Of a stretch of DNA of 41,118 bases, positions 17,959 to 26,657 are shown in pieces (position 1 is the first letter of the stretch; each line of letters begins with the position of its first letter). The notes beneath the pieces are model-generated. The model was not told the DNA's origin. It did not search any database and saw only the letters and a program-made list of their open reading frames with translations. The translations under genes were made by a program, and so were the position numbers. This DNA comes from Dehalococcoidia bacterium (GTDB lineage Bacteria; Chloroflexota; Dehalococcoidia; DSTF01; RBG-16-68-14). The stretch is from positions 1-41,118 of the forward strand of contig JBBEBM010000013.1 of the NCBI GenBank assembly GCA_040882355.1, in the 5' to 3' direction.

Positions 17959-20250
17959 GTGACCGACACCCGAGAACGTCCAGCGGTCGAGCCGGGCATC
18001 ATGAACCGAGTCCTGATCGTATCAAACCGGCTTCCCGTCACTGTGCGAATCAATGGTAACGGTCCCACAGTCGAGCCATCGTCCGGAGGTCTCGCAACGG
18101 GCGTTTCCGAGCCTCATCGCAAGTCAGGCGGTCTGTGGATTGGCTGGCCAGGGGAAACGCATAGCCTGAAACGGGCGCAGAGACGCGCGCTTGACGCGGA
18201 GCTGCAAGATCGGGGGCTCGTCCCAATTCATCTGACCCGGCGAGAGGTCCGCGAGTTCTATGACGGCATCTCGAACAGCATGCTCTGGCCGGTCCTTCAG
18301 TATCTTATCGATAGACTCCCGATCGACACGCCGGGCTGGGACACGTACCGGTCCGTGAACAAGCGGTTCGCCCAGGAAGTGGTCGCGCGGTATCAGCCAG
18401 GCGACACGATCTGGGTCCACGACTATCACTTGTTCCTGGTCCCTCAATTGGTCCGGGAACAGCTACCCAACGCACGAATCGGTTTCTTTCTCCACATTCC
18501 ATTTCCCTCGGATGACGTATTCGGCATCCTGCCGTGGAGGGAAGAGATCCTGCGCGGACTGTTGGGAGCCGACATGATCGGCGTTCATACGACAGGTTAC
18601 CTCCGGCACTTCTTGGCGTCGGTGCGACGTTTCCTTCGCGTGGAGCCGAGCTCTAACGCTGTTCAGCACGACGGACGAACCGTGAGGACGGGCGTCTTCC
18701 CAATTGGGGTTGACGTGTCATCCTGGGAAGCAAGCGCGGGCTCGCCGGCTGTCGCCCGCGAGGTCGACGAGATCAGGAAGGAAGCGGGCAACCGCCACAT
18801 CTTGCTGGGAGTCGATCGTCTGGACTACACGAAAGGCCTCCTTCGTCGCCTGAGGGCGTTCGAGCGGCTCCTGGAGCGCGATCCTGCGTTGCATGACCAG
18901 GTGCGGCTCATCCAGGTGACCGTTCCGACCCGAGAGAAGGCGCCCGCGTACGAGGCATTCAAAAGACGCGTCGACGAAGTGGTTGGGCGCATCAATGGGA
19001 CCTTTGCGACGGCCAACTCCATGCCCATCCATAGGCTGCACCGCTCCCTGGAACACTCGGAGCTGGCCGCGCTCTACCGGGCCGCGGACGTCCTGCTGGT
19101 CACGTCGCTCCGCGACGGTATGAACCTCGTTGCCAAGGAGTTCGTCGCATCCCGAACGGACGGCGACGGGGTCCTGGTGCTAAGCGAATTCACGGGAGCT
19201 GCCGACGAGCTGACAGACGCGCTCCTCGTGAACCCCTACGATATTGACGGATTGGCAGCGACGATCGAACGCGCCCTCGCCATGCCGGCGGCAGAGAGAC
19301 GGGCTCGCATGGGATCCCTGCGAACGCGGGTACGCGAGTACGACGTCCATCGATGGGCACGGACGTTCCTCTCAGAGCTCGAGTGCAGCGCGCCAGATCG
19401 CGGGCGGATCGCCCCGGCGACATCTCCGGGACTATCGGTGAGGGAGGCCATCGACAAGCTGAAAAAGGCGGATCACGCGCTCCTGGCGCTGGACTACGAC
19501 GGCACGCTGGTGCCATTCGCAGGGCACCCCGACAGCGCCGCCCCAGACGCTGCACTGCTCGAGATCGTCGAGGGCCTCTCGACCCGGCCGCGCACGACAG
19601 TACATATCGTGAGCGGCCGCGACCGGGAATCGCTGCAGCGCTGGTTCGGCCACCTCAGGGTGGGCCTCCACGGCGAGCACGGGCTCTTTTCTCGGTCGCC
19701 TGGCGAGGAGGCATGGCAACGGACCCAGAGCCTGTCGGACGACTGGAAGGAGGCCATCCGACCTCTCATGCAGCAGTTCGTGGAGACGACCCGCGGCAGC
19801 TTCATCGAGGAGAAATCTTCGGCGCTTGTCTGGCACTATCGAATGGCCGCCGATAGCCCGTCGGCGGAGGAGGTGAGCGAGGCGCGCGCCGCCGAGCTTC
19901 AGAGCCTCCTGACCGAGTCGATTGTGAACACGCCAGTCCAAATCGTGGCTTCGAAGAAGGTCGTAGAGGTGCGACCACGCTTTGTGAACAAGGGACTGCT
20001 GTTGAGCCGGCTGCTGGAAGATGCGCCTGACGGCGTTGCCGTTCTTGCGATGGGAGACGATCGCACAGACGAGGACATGTTCGCCGCCGCGCCGAAGGGG
20101 AGCGTCACCGTTCATGTTGGCGATGAACCGACGGAGGCCGAATTCGCGGTGCCCGACCACGTTGCGGCGAGGGCGTTGCTAACAGGGCTCCTGGAGCCGG
20201 AGGAAACTGAGCGCCGAGAGCGTGTCGGCGCGCTGTGCCTGGACGCTTAG
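17959..20250 (+). CDS. Bifunctional trehalose-6-phosphate synthase/phosphatase (OtsA-OtsB fusion)
   Basis: [52 protein letters not shown], then HAD motifs LDYDGTL, SGR and [13 protein letters not shown] at 17959 follows AAAGGAG. Confidence 0.93.
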   Translation: MTDTRERPAVEPGIMNRVLIVSNRLPVTVRINGNGPTVEPSSGGLATGVSEPHRKSGGLWIGWPGETHSLKRAQRRALDAELQDRGLVPIHLTRREVREFYDGISNSMLWPVLQYLIDRLPIDTPGWDTYRSVNKRFAQEVVARYQPGDTIWVHDYHLFLVPQLVREQLPNARIGFFLHIPFPSDDVFGILPWREEILRGLLGADMIGVHTTGYLRHFLASVRRFLRVEPSSNAVQHDGRTVRTGVFPIGVDVSSWEASAGSPAVAREVDEIRKEAGNRHILLGVDRLDYTKGLLRRLRAFERLLERDPALHDQVRLIQVTVPTREKAPAYEAFKRRVDEVVGRINGTFATANSMPIHRLHRSLEHSELAALYRAADVLLVTSLRDGMNLVAKEFVASRTDGDGVLVLSEFTGAADELTDALLVNPYDIDGLAATIERALAMPAAERRARMGSLRTRVREYDVHRWARTFLSELECSAPDRGRIAPATSPGLSVREAIDKLKKADHALLALDYDGTLVPFAGHPDSAAPDAALLEIVEGLSTRPRTTVHIVSGRDRESLQRWFGHLRVGLHGEHGLFSRSPGEEAWQRTQSLSDDWKEAIRPLMQQFVETTRGSFIEEKSSALVWHYRMAADSPSAEEVSEARAAELQSLLTESIVNTPVQIVASKKVVEVRPRFVNKGLLLSRLLEDAPDGVAVLAMGDDRTDEDMFAAAPKGSVTVHVGDEPTEAEFAVPDHVAARALLTGLLEPEETERRERVGALCLDA

Positions 20251-20329
20251 CAAGCGCCAGGGGCGCCTAGCGCTCGTCGATGAGGGCGCCGGCGGCGAGG
20301 TCGTCGAAGCGGTCGCCAGCGGCGGGCTC

Positions 20330-20663
20330 ACCGTCGTCGCCGTCGGGCCGGTGCTGGACGCCGTGATGGAGGCGACGGCGCCGCGTCGAGCGGCGTCGCT
20401 GGGCGCGACGGTGCTGTACGCGTCGACGGTCCGGCCGTTCGACGGCGCGGGCCTGCGCGCGGCTGTGTCCGGCACCGACGTCGTGCTGGTCGAGCCGTAC
20501 CTGGAGGGCACGTCGGCCGCCGAGGTCTCGTCGGCGCTGTCGGACCGCCCGTACCGGCTGCTCTCGATCGGCGTGCCGAACACGGAGCGTCGCAAGTACG
20601 GCACCGCAGCCGAGCACAACGAGGCGCACGGCCTCGACGCGGCGGCGCGGCGGGCGCGGATCG
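20330..20663 (+). pseudogene. Partial duplicate of the 3' third of the transketolase C-terminal subunit gene
   Basis: Near-identical to 17090-17408, apart from a 15-bp insertion and scattered substitutions. No credible 5' end. Confidence 0.85.
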
Positions 20664-20742
20664 GGGCGTGGCTGGGCGGCGTCACGGTTACGCCTGACCG
20701 ATGGCTCCGCACTCTTGCGCGGACGGCGTCTTGACATAGCTG

Positions 20743-20772
20743 TTGACAGGCCATCGAGGCCCTTGCTATAGT
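20743..20772 (+). promoter_or_regulatory. Sigma70-type promoter
   Basis: TTGACA (20743-48), 18-bp spacer, TGcTATAGT (hexamer 20767-72). Confidence 0.65.
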
Positions 20773-20912
20773 CGCGCCACATCCAGGCCCGCGACTGGCC
20801 GCGCGGCGCATGGACGGAGGCGCGCAGAGGAAAGGTGGGCGGACGCGCAAGACGCTCGTCTGGCCGCGCCGGGAGGCCGAACCGCCAGCCGCACTCTGGA
20901 TGGAGGCCGGCC

Positions 20913-23117
20913 ATGTTCCCAAGAATAGGCGTTGCTCTACTCATCTGCGGCTTGCTCGCGCTCACGGGCACAAACGGCCAACCGCCTCGCCCGGCGCGAG
21001 CGACAGGGGCGGGCACCTCCGCCGTCTCGCCGGGCGGCTTGCACACGTGCGCGCTCACGACGGCTGGTGGCGTCTGGTGCTGGGGCGACAACACCTACGG
21101 CCAGCTCGGCAAGGTCACGCTGTCCAGCGCGTCGCCGGTGGGCGTCACCGGCCTGTCGAGCGGCGTGGCGGCGATTGCGGCGGGGGTCGAGCACACATGC
21201 GCGCTCACGGAGGGCGGCGGCGTCAAGTGCTGGGGCCGCAACGTCTTCGGTCAACTCGGCGACGGCCTGGCGGGCGATAGCGCGGTGCCTCTGGACGTCC
21301 CGGGCCTCACCAGCGGCGTTGCCGCGATCGGTTCTGGCAACTACCACACGTGCGCCGTCCTGACCAGCGGAGGCGTCACGTGCTGGGGCTCGAACGGCAC
21401 CGGCCAGCTCGGCAACGGCTCGACGACAACCCCGACGATGCCGGTCAACGCAGTGGGCCTGACGAGCGGCGTTGCCGCCATCTCCGGTGGCGCATCGCAC
21501 ACCTGCGCGCTGCTGACCGGCGGCGGTGTCAAGTGCTGGGGCTTCAACCTCTATGGCCAGCTCGGCGACGGCACGATGACGAACAGCTCGACACCGATCG
21601 ATGTCACCGGCCTGACCAGCGGCGCCATCTCGGCGGGCGGCTACCACACGTGCGCGCTGACCACCGGCGGCGGTGTCAAGTGCTGGGGCGTCAACAGTTC
21701 GGGCCAGATCGGCGATGGAGGAGGCTGCGGTGGCGCGTGCGCGACGCCCGTCGACGTGACCGGCCTGACCGGCGGCGCCGCGGCTGTCTCCGCCGGCGAG
21801 TTCCACACCTGCGCGCTCACCGCGGCCGGCGGACTGAAGTGCTGGGGCAAAAACGACGACGGCCAGCTCGGCGACGGGTCGACGAGCGGCAGTAGCTTGC
21901 CGGTGGCCGCGCGGGGCTTGCCAACGAAGGACCCCAAGGCCGGCTTCGAGATCGCCTTCAGCAGCGACCGCGACGGCAACAACGAGATCTACGCCATGGG
22001 CGCCGACGGCTCCCTCCCGACCCGGCTGACGTACGAGGACAGCAGCGAAACCGAACCGTCCTACTCGCCGGACGGGACGAAGATCGCGTTCGAGAGCGAC
22101 CTCGACTCCGGCGGCGAGGACATCTACGTGATGAACGCGGACGGCTCCGGCCTGTGGCAGCGCCTTACCACCGACGCCGCCAACGACATCGATCCGGCCT
22201 GGTCGCCGGACGGCAGCAAGATAACGTTCGCCAGCATGCGCGACGGCAACTACAACGTCTACGTGATGAACGCGGACGGCTCGGGTCAGACGCCGCTCAC
22301 GACCGACGGCGGGCAGGATACGGACCCGGCCTGGTCGCCGGACGGGACGAAGATCGCGTTCGTGTCGGGCCGGGACGCCCAAAACGAGGTCTACGTGATG
22401 AACGCCAACGGCACGGGCCAGGCCAACCTCACCAACAACGTCGCGTTGGACGCGGGGCCCGCCTGGTCGCCGGACGGAACGAAGATCGCGTTTCACAGCA
22501 ACCGCTCCGGCGCGCTTGACATCTTCGCCATGAACACGAACGGCACGAACCAGACGAACGTCACGAACGACGCCGCCGAAGACGCCTTCCCGGTCTGGAA
22601 GACCGACAGTGCGAAGATCGCGTTTCGCTCGGACCGCGACGGCAACTACGAAATCTATGTTGCCGATGCCGGCGGCACGGGCCAGACGCGGCTCACCCAT
22701 AACCCGTCCGGCGACGACCAGCCCGCCTGGCGGCGCGTCTCGGGCAGCGGGGCCGACTACGACCAGGACGGCTGCACCGACGCGCAGGAAGCGAACAGCG
22801 ACCAGGTGATGGGCGGGCGGCGCAACCCGCAGTCCTTCTGGGACTTCTTCGATGTGCCAGTCGGGTCTCCGCTGGCGCGCGACCAGGCGGTAACGGCGGG
22901 CGACGTCGCAGGCGTCGTCGCGCGGTTTGGCGCGACTGGTAACGCTGACCTCGACCCGCTGTCGCCACCGGGTCCCGCGCCCGCCTACCATCCGGCGTAC
23001 GACCGCGGCGGCGTGAGGCCGGGCGGCGAGCGATGGAGCCTGCTGCCGGCGGACGGTTCGATTACAGCGGGAGATGTCGCAGCGGCGGTCGTGCAGTTCG
23101 GACATACCTGCGCCTGA
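20913..23117 (+). CDS. Secreted surface protein: RCC1/BLIP-II-like repeats, TolB/PD40-like beta-propeller and conserved C-terminal FWDFFD...FGHTCA module
   Basis: Signal peptide after RBS GGAGG. Six HTCA(L/V)xxxGGxxCWGxNxxGQxG repeats. Repeated PAWSPDG(T/S)KIxF and YVMNAxG units. Shared tail. Confidence 0.9.
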   Translation: MFPRIGVALLICGLLALTGTNGQPPRPARATGAGTSAVSPGGLHTCALTTAGGVWCWGDNTYGQLGKVTLSSASPVGVTGLSSGVAAIAAGVEHTCALTEGGGVKCWGRNVFGQLGDGLAGDSAVPLDVPGLTSGVAAIGSGNYHTCAVLTSGGVTCWGSNGTGQLGNGSTTTPTMPVNAVGLTSGVAAISGGASHTCALLTGGGVKCWGFNLYGQLGDGTMTNSSTPIDVTGLTSGAISAGGYHTCALTTGGGVKCWGVNSSGQIGDGGGCGGACATPVDVTGLTGGAAAVSAGEFHTCALTAAGGLKCWGKNDDGQLGDGSTSGSSLPVAARGLPTKDPKAGFEIAFSSDRDGNNEIYAMGADGSLPTRLTYEDSSETEPSYSPDGTKIAFESDLDSGGEDIYVMNADGSGLWQRLTTDAANDIDPAWSPDGSKITFASMRDGNYNVYVMNADGSGQTPLTTDGGQDTDPAWSPDGTKIAFVSGRDAQNEVYVMNANGTGQANLTNNVALDAGPAWSPDGTKIAFHSNRSGALDIFAMNTNGTNQTNVTNDAAEDAFPVWKTDSAKIAFRSDRDGNYEIYVADAGGTGQTRLTHNPSGDDQPAWRRVSGSGADYDQDGCTDAQEANSDQVMGGRRNPQSFWDFFDVPVGSPLARDQAVTAGDVAGVVARFGATGNADLDPLSPPGPAPAYHPAYDRGGVRPGGERWSLLPADGSITAGDVAAAVVQFGHTCA

Positions 23118-23133
23118 CGGCGCTTCGCGCCGC

Positions 23134-23189
23134 AGAACCCAGAACCAAGAACCCACCGACCAGGCCGGTTCTTCTCGGTTCTGGGTTCT
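23134..23189. repeat. Heptamer-built inverted repeat, possible terminator
   Basis: AGAACCCAGAACC (23134-46) pairs with GGTTCTGGGTTCT (23177-89). Confidence 0.65.
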
Positions 23190-23244
23190 AGCCTTGACCC
23201 TTGACCCCTCACCCTTGGCCCAGCTTCGCTACAATGCCCTCGTC

Positions 23245-26200
23245 ATGACATTCGAGACGTTTGTTGCGGAGGCGGAGCGCAAGCTGGCGCTGCACAGCGC
23301 GTCGCTGCCGGAGGAGTTCCAGGCGGCGCTGGCGGCGCTGCGCACTCCCTCACCCCCGACCCCTCTCCCTCCCGGAGGGAGAGGGGAGGGCGTAATGTCG
23401 GAGGGCGGGGCCGCGCTGGATGAGCGCGACTTGCGCGCGTGGGCGGAGGAGGGGGTGGCGCTGGCCGAGCACTCGCTGCGATCGTGGGAGGCGGCGGTTG
23501 AGTACTTCAAGGTCAGCCCGCAGGTGGTGCGCATCCTCACGCCTCAGGCGTTCCGGCGCTGGGTGCACGCGGGCCGCGACCTCACCGAGCACTCGTCGGT
23601 GATGGCGTCGGCGTACTTTCGCGCCGGGCCGCGCGCGATGCCCTACCTGGACGAGCACAGCATCACGGAGTGGGCGGCACTGGGCCAGCGGCTGTACCGC
23701 GGCCACTGGAAATCGATCTCGCTGGCGACGATGTACTTCGCCGCCGGGCCGAACCTGCTGCGACTGCTGACGATGGAGCAGCTCGCGCGGCTGACGGCGC
23801 TGGTCGAGACCGTCGCCGAGCGCTCGTACGAGCTGGCGACGGAGTGCCTGGACGCGTCGCCCCATCTCTTCGATACGCTCGCGCGAGAGGACCGCACGCC
23901 GTTCCTCGCGCTCGCGGGCGCTGTCGCGGACGCGAGCTGGGCCGACGCGCGGCTGCTCTTCCAGAAGGGCGCGTCGCTGCTCGAACCGGTCGCTCCGGCC
24001 GAAAGGCCGCGGCTGCTCGCGCTGGGCGGACGCGTCGCCGGGCAGCTCGGGCGGCACGCCTACGCGCTCTTCGCGGAAGCCGCCGATGCGCTCGCGCAGG
24101 CGCCGCAGGACGCGCACGGCGATCTGCTCGGCCTCGCCGAGGAGCTGGCCGTCGGCTCGCCGGCAGCGGCGATGGAGTTCCTGAAGAGCGCGCCCACCGT
24201 TCTCCGTCGCGTGCGGCTCGGCGACTTGCATCGCTGGCACTCGGCGGGGCATCGCATCCTGGAGACGACGCAAGCGGGCGGCGAGGCGTTCTTCCGGCTC
24301 GAGTCGGGCAAGGGCGAGGAGGTGCTGCAGGGCCTCTCGTCGCGCGTCGAGCTGTCGCAGGTGGGCGAGGTGCTCCGCCTCTACTGCAAGGCGCTCACCG
24401 GCGCCAACGTCTCCATGCACCCAGCGGCCTCGCTTGCGGAGAAGGGCATCGGCTGGATCGACGAAGAGCGCCCGAGCACGGAGGGCAGCACCGTCTACCT
24501 GCCGGAGTTCGTCGACGAGCACGTCGAGAAGGCGCAGAACTTCGCCGTCTACAAAGTCTACGCCACGCACCAGGCGGCGCACCTGGAGTTCGGCAGCTTC
24601 TCGTTCCGCTTCGCGCGCAAGGGTGTCGCTTTCCCGCGTCGACGGCACGTCGTCGAGCGCGAGCGCAGGCGCGCGGGACGCCCCTCACCCCGGCCTTTCG
24701 GCCGACCCTCTCCCTCAGAAGGAGAGGGTACGGGATCGTCAGGGGAACGCCAGGGCGCTTCAGCCCGACGAGTTAAGACGAGGAAGCCGCTCACGGACAT
24801 GGAGCGCTTCTTCGACCTCTTCGACGAACGACAGCTCGCGCTCGACCTGTTCACCGTCGCCGAGGACGCGCGCATCGACGCGCTGGTGCGACGCGAGTAC
24901 GGCGGCATCCGTCGCTCGTGGGGGCGGACGCAGGAGGCGGAGCTGGAGCGCCGGCCCGACCCGCGCACGCTGCCGCTGCGTCAGGCGTTCCTCGAGAACC
25001 TGGTGCGCGCCAGCCTCGACGGCGCGAACACGATCGTCTGGCCGCAGAAGCTGTCGAGCCTCCTCGCCGAAGCGCTACGCCTGCTCGCCGCGCTCCGCCA
25101 GCCCCTCGACGGCAAGCGCGCGGGCGCAAGCGTCGAGGACGCGGCGGAGTGCACGCTGCAGCTCTACGAGCTGGGGATGCGCGTGCCCAACGTACCGCCG
25201 GAGCAGCTCGACGACATGGAGTGGGACGAGATCGACGAGGAGATGCTCGACCTGCAGCTCGGCTCGCCCAAGGGCGGCGAGAGCGACGCGCCGATGCCGC
25301 AGTCCGACGGCGAGCAACAGTACGAAAGCCCGGAGCCGGTTGGCTACCGCGGCGACTTCAAACCGGAGCTGGTGCAGCTCCTCATGCGCCTCCGCCTGAA
25401 GGAAGGTCAGGAGATGGCCGGCGACCTGTCGCCGCTGACGGCCGAGCAGCTCAAGGAGCTGCTGGAGAAGAGCGTCGAGATCAACATCAGCGGCATGGCG
25501 GAGGGCGACCTCGCGTCGACGATCGGGCTGTTCCTGACGAACCTGGAGAAGGAAGCGGGCACGCCGATCCCGGACCAGAAGCTCCCGACCAAAGACGGCG
25601 CCCCGCTCTCCGAGGCGGGCGGCGACGAGGAGGGCGAGCCGGCGCAGGAGGTGAAGGCCTACCTCTACGACGAGTGGGACTTTCGCGCGGCCGACTACAA
25701 GCCGAACTGGTGCGTCGTCCGCGAGCGGGCGCTGGAGGAGGGCACGGACGAGTTCTTCGAGAAGGCGCTGCTCGAGCACGCGGCGCTGGTCTCGGAGACG
25801 CGCCGTCAGTTCGAGCTGCTCAGGCCGGAGCTGTTCCGCAAGATCAAGGGCCTCTACGACGGCGAGGAGTTCGATCTGGACGCAGTGATCGAGTACCTGG
25901 TCGAGAAGCGCGCGGGCCATCCGCACACGGACAAGGTTTACTGGCGGCGCAACAAGGTCGAGCGCGACGTCGCCGTCGCGTTCCTGCTCGACATGAGCGC
26001 GTCGACGGACGAGGAGATCGAGAAACGCAAGAAGCAGTACCACGACGAGCCCGAGTTCGACGCCGACCCGCGGCGCTACTTCCAGTGGCTCGCGCAGCGC
26101 CGCGCGCAGCAGGTTGTCGCGCCGCCGAAGCGCATCATCGACCTGGAGAAGGAGAGCACCGTCCTGCTGATCAAGGCGCTCGAGACGATCGGCGACAGCT

Positions 26201-26655
26201 ACGGCATCTACGGCTTCTCGGGTTACGGGCGGGAGAACGTGGAGTTCTACGTGATCAAGGACCTCGCCGAGCCGTTCTCAGACCGCGTGGTGCGGCGCAT
26301 CGATAAGATCGCGCCGATCCGCTCAACGCGCATGGGCCCGGCGATCCGCCACGCCACCGCGAAGCTCGACTCGCACGATGCGAAGGTGAAGATCCTCTTC
26401 CTCGTCTCCGACGGCCGGCCGCAGGACCACGGGTACGGGCGCGACCGGACGGAGAAGGAGTATGCGATCCACGACACGAAGCAGGCGCTGGTGGAAGCGC
26501 GTCGGAAAGGGATCACGCCCTTCGCGCTGACGGTGGACAAAGAAGGGCACGACTACCTGGGCCAGATGTGCGAGGACATGGGCTACGAAGTGCTCGCGGA
26601 CATCGAGGCGCTGCCGTCCCGCCTGCCGACGCTGTACCGGCGGCTGACGGAGTGA
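23245..26655 (+). CDS. Large NorD/CbbO-like von Willebrand factor A domain protein (MoxR ATPase adaptor)
   Basis: AEDARID, YLYDEWDF..DYKPNWC, DGEEFDLDAVI, MIDAS LLDMSAST, TRMGPAIRHA, VSDGRPQD, HDTKQAL, LPSRLPTLYRRLT. ATG 23245 lies 9 nt after TACAAT. Confidence 0.88.
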   Translation: MTFETFVAEAERKLALHSASLPEEFQAALAALRTPSPPTPLPPGGRGEGVMSEGGAALDERDLRAWAEEGVALAEHSLRSWEAAVEYFKVSPQVVRILTPQAFRRWVHAGRDLTEHSSVMASAYFRAGPRAMPYLDEHSITEWAALGQRLYRGHWKSISLATMYFAAGPNLLRLLTMEQLARLTALVETVAERSYELATECLDASPHLFDTLAREDRTPFLALAGAVADASWADARLLFQKGASLLEPVAPAERPRLLALGGRVAGQLGRHAYALFAEAADALAQAPQDAHGDLLGLAEELAVGSPAAAMEFLKSAPTVLRRVRLGDLHRWHSAGHRILETTQAGGEAFFRLESGKGEEVLQGLSSRVELSQVGEVLRLYCKALTGANVSMHPAASLAEKGIGWIDEERPSTEGSTVYLPEFVDEHVEKAQNFAVYKVYATHQAAHLEFGSFSFRFARKGVAFPRRRHVVERERRRAGRPSPRPFGRPSPSEGEGTGSSGERQGASARRVKTRKPLTDMERFFDLFDERQLALDLFTVAEDARIDALVRREYGGIRRSWGRTQEAELERRPDPRTLPLRQAFLENLVRASLDGANTIVWPQKLSSLLAEALRLLAALRQPLDGKRAGASVEDAAECTLQLYELGMRVPNVPPEQLDDMEWDEIDEEMLDLQLGSPKGGESDAPMPQSDGEQQYESPEPVGYRGDFKPELVQLLMRLRLKEGQEMAGDLSPLTAEQLKELLEKSVEINISGMAEGDLASTIGLFLTNLEKEAGTPIPDQKLPTKDGAPLSEAGGDEEGEPAQEVKAYLYDEWDFRAADYKPNWCVVRERALEEGTDEFFEKALLEHAALVSETRRQFELLRPELFRKIKGLYDGEEFDLDAVIEYLVEKRAGHPHTDKVYWRRNKVERDVAVAFLLDMSASTDEEIEKRKKQYHDEPEFDADPRRYFQWLAQRRAQQVVAPPKRIIDLEKESTVLLIKALETIGDSYGIYGFSGYGRENVEFYVIKDLAEPFSDRVVRRIDKIAPIRSTRMGPAIRHATAKLDSHDAKVKILFLVSDGRPQDHGYGRDRTEKEYAIHDTKQALVEARRKGITPFALTVDKEGHDYLGQMCEDMGYEVLADIEALPSRLPTLYRRLTE

Positions 26656-26657
26656 GT

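Noticed and set aside
17090..20663. Diversity-generating retroelement template/variable repeat pair
   Set aside because: Differences between the copies are not confined to adenines and include a 15-bp indel, and no reverse transcriptase is present in the window.
20222..20734. 170-aa ORF as an independent functional gene
   Set aside because: Its start lies inside otsAB with no RBS, and it contains only the duplicated transketolase 3' fragment. It is treated as a remnant.
21030..22730. Regularly spaced DNA repeats that could suggest a CRISPR array
   Set aside because: They are degenerate in-frame coding repeats (RCC1 and PD40 units) without identical repeats or unique spacers, and no cas genes are present.
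20937..23156. 739-aa minus-strand ORF, and similar long antisense ORFs (38886-40694, 37461-38846, 23350-24648, 8719-9867)
   Set aside because: They mirror well-supported genes on the opposite strand and are typical shadow ORFs of high-GC DNA, with no recognisable motifs.
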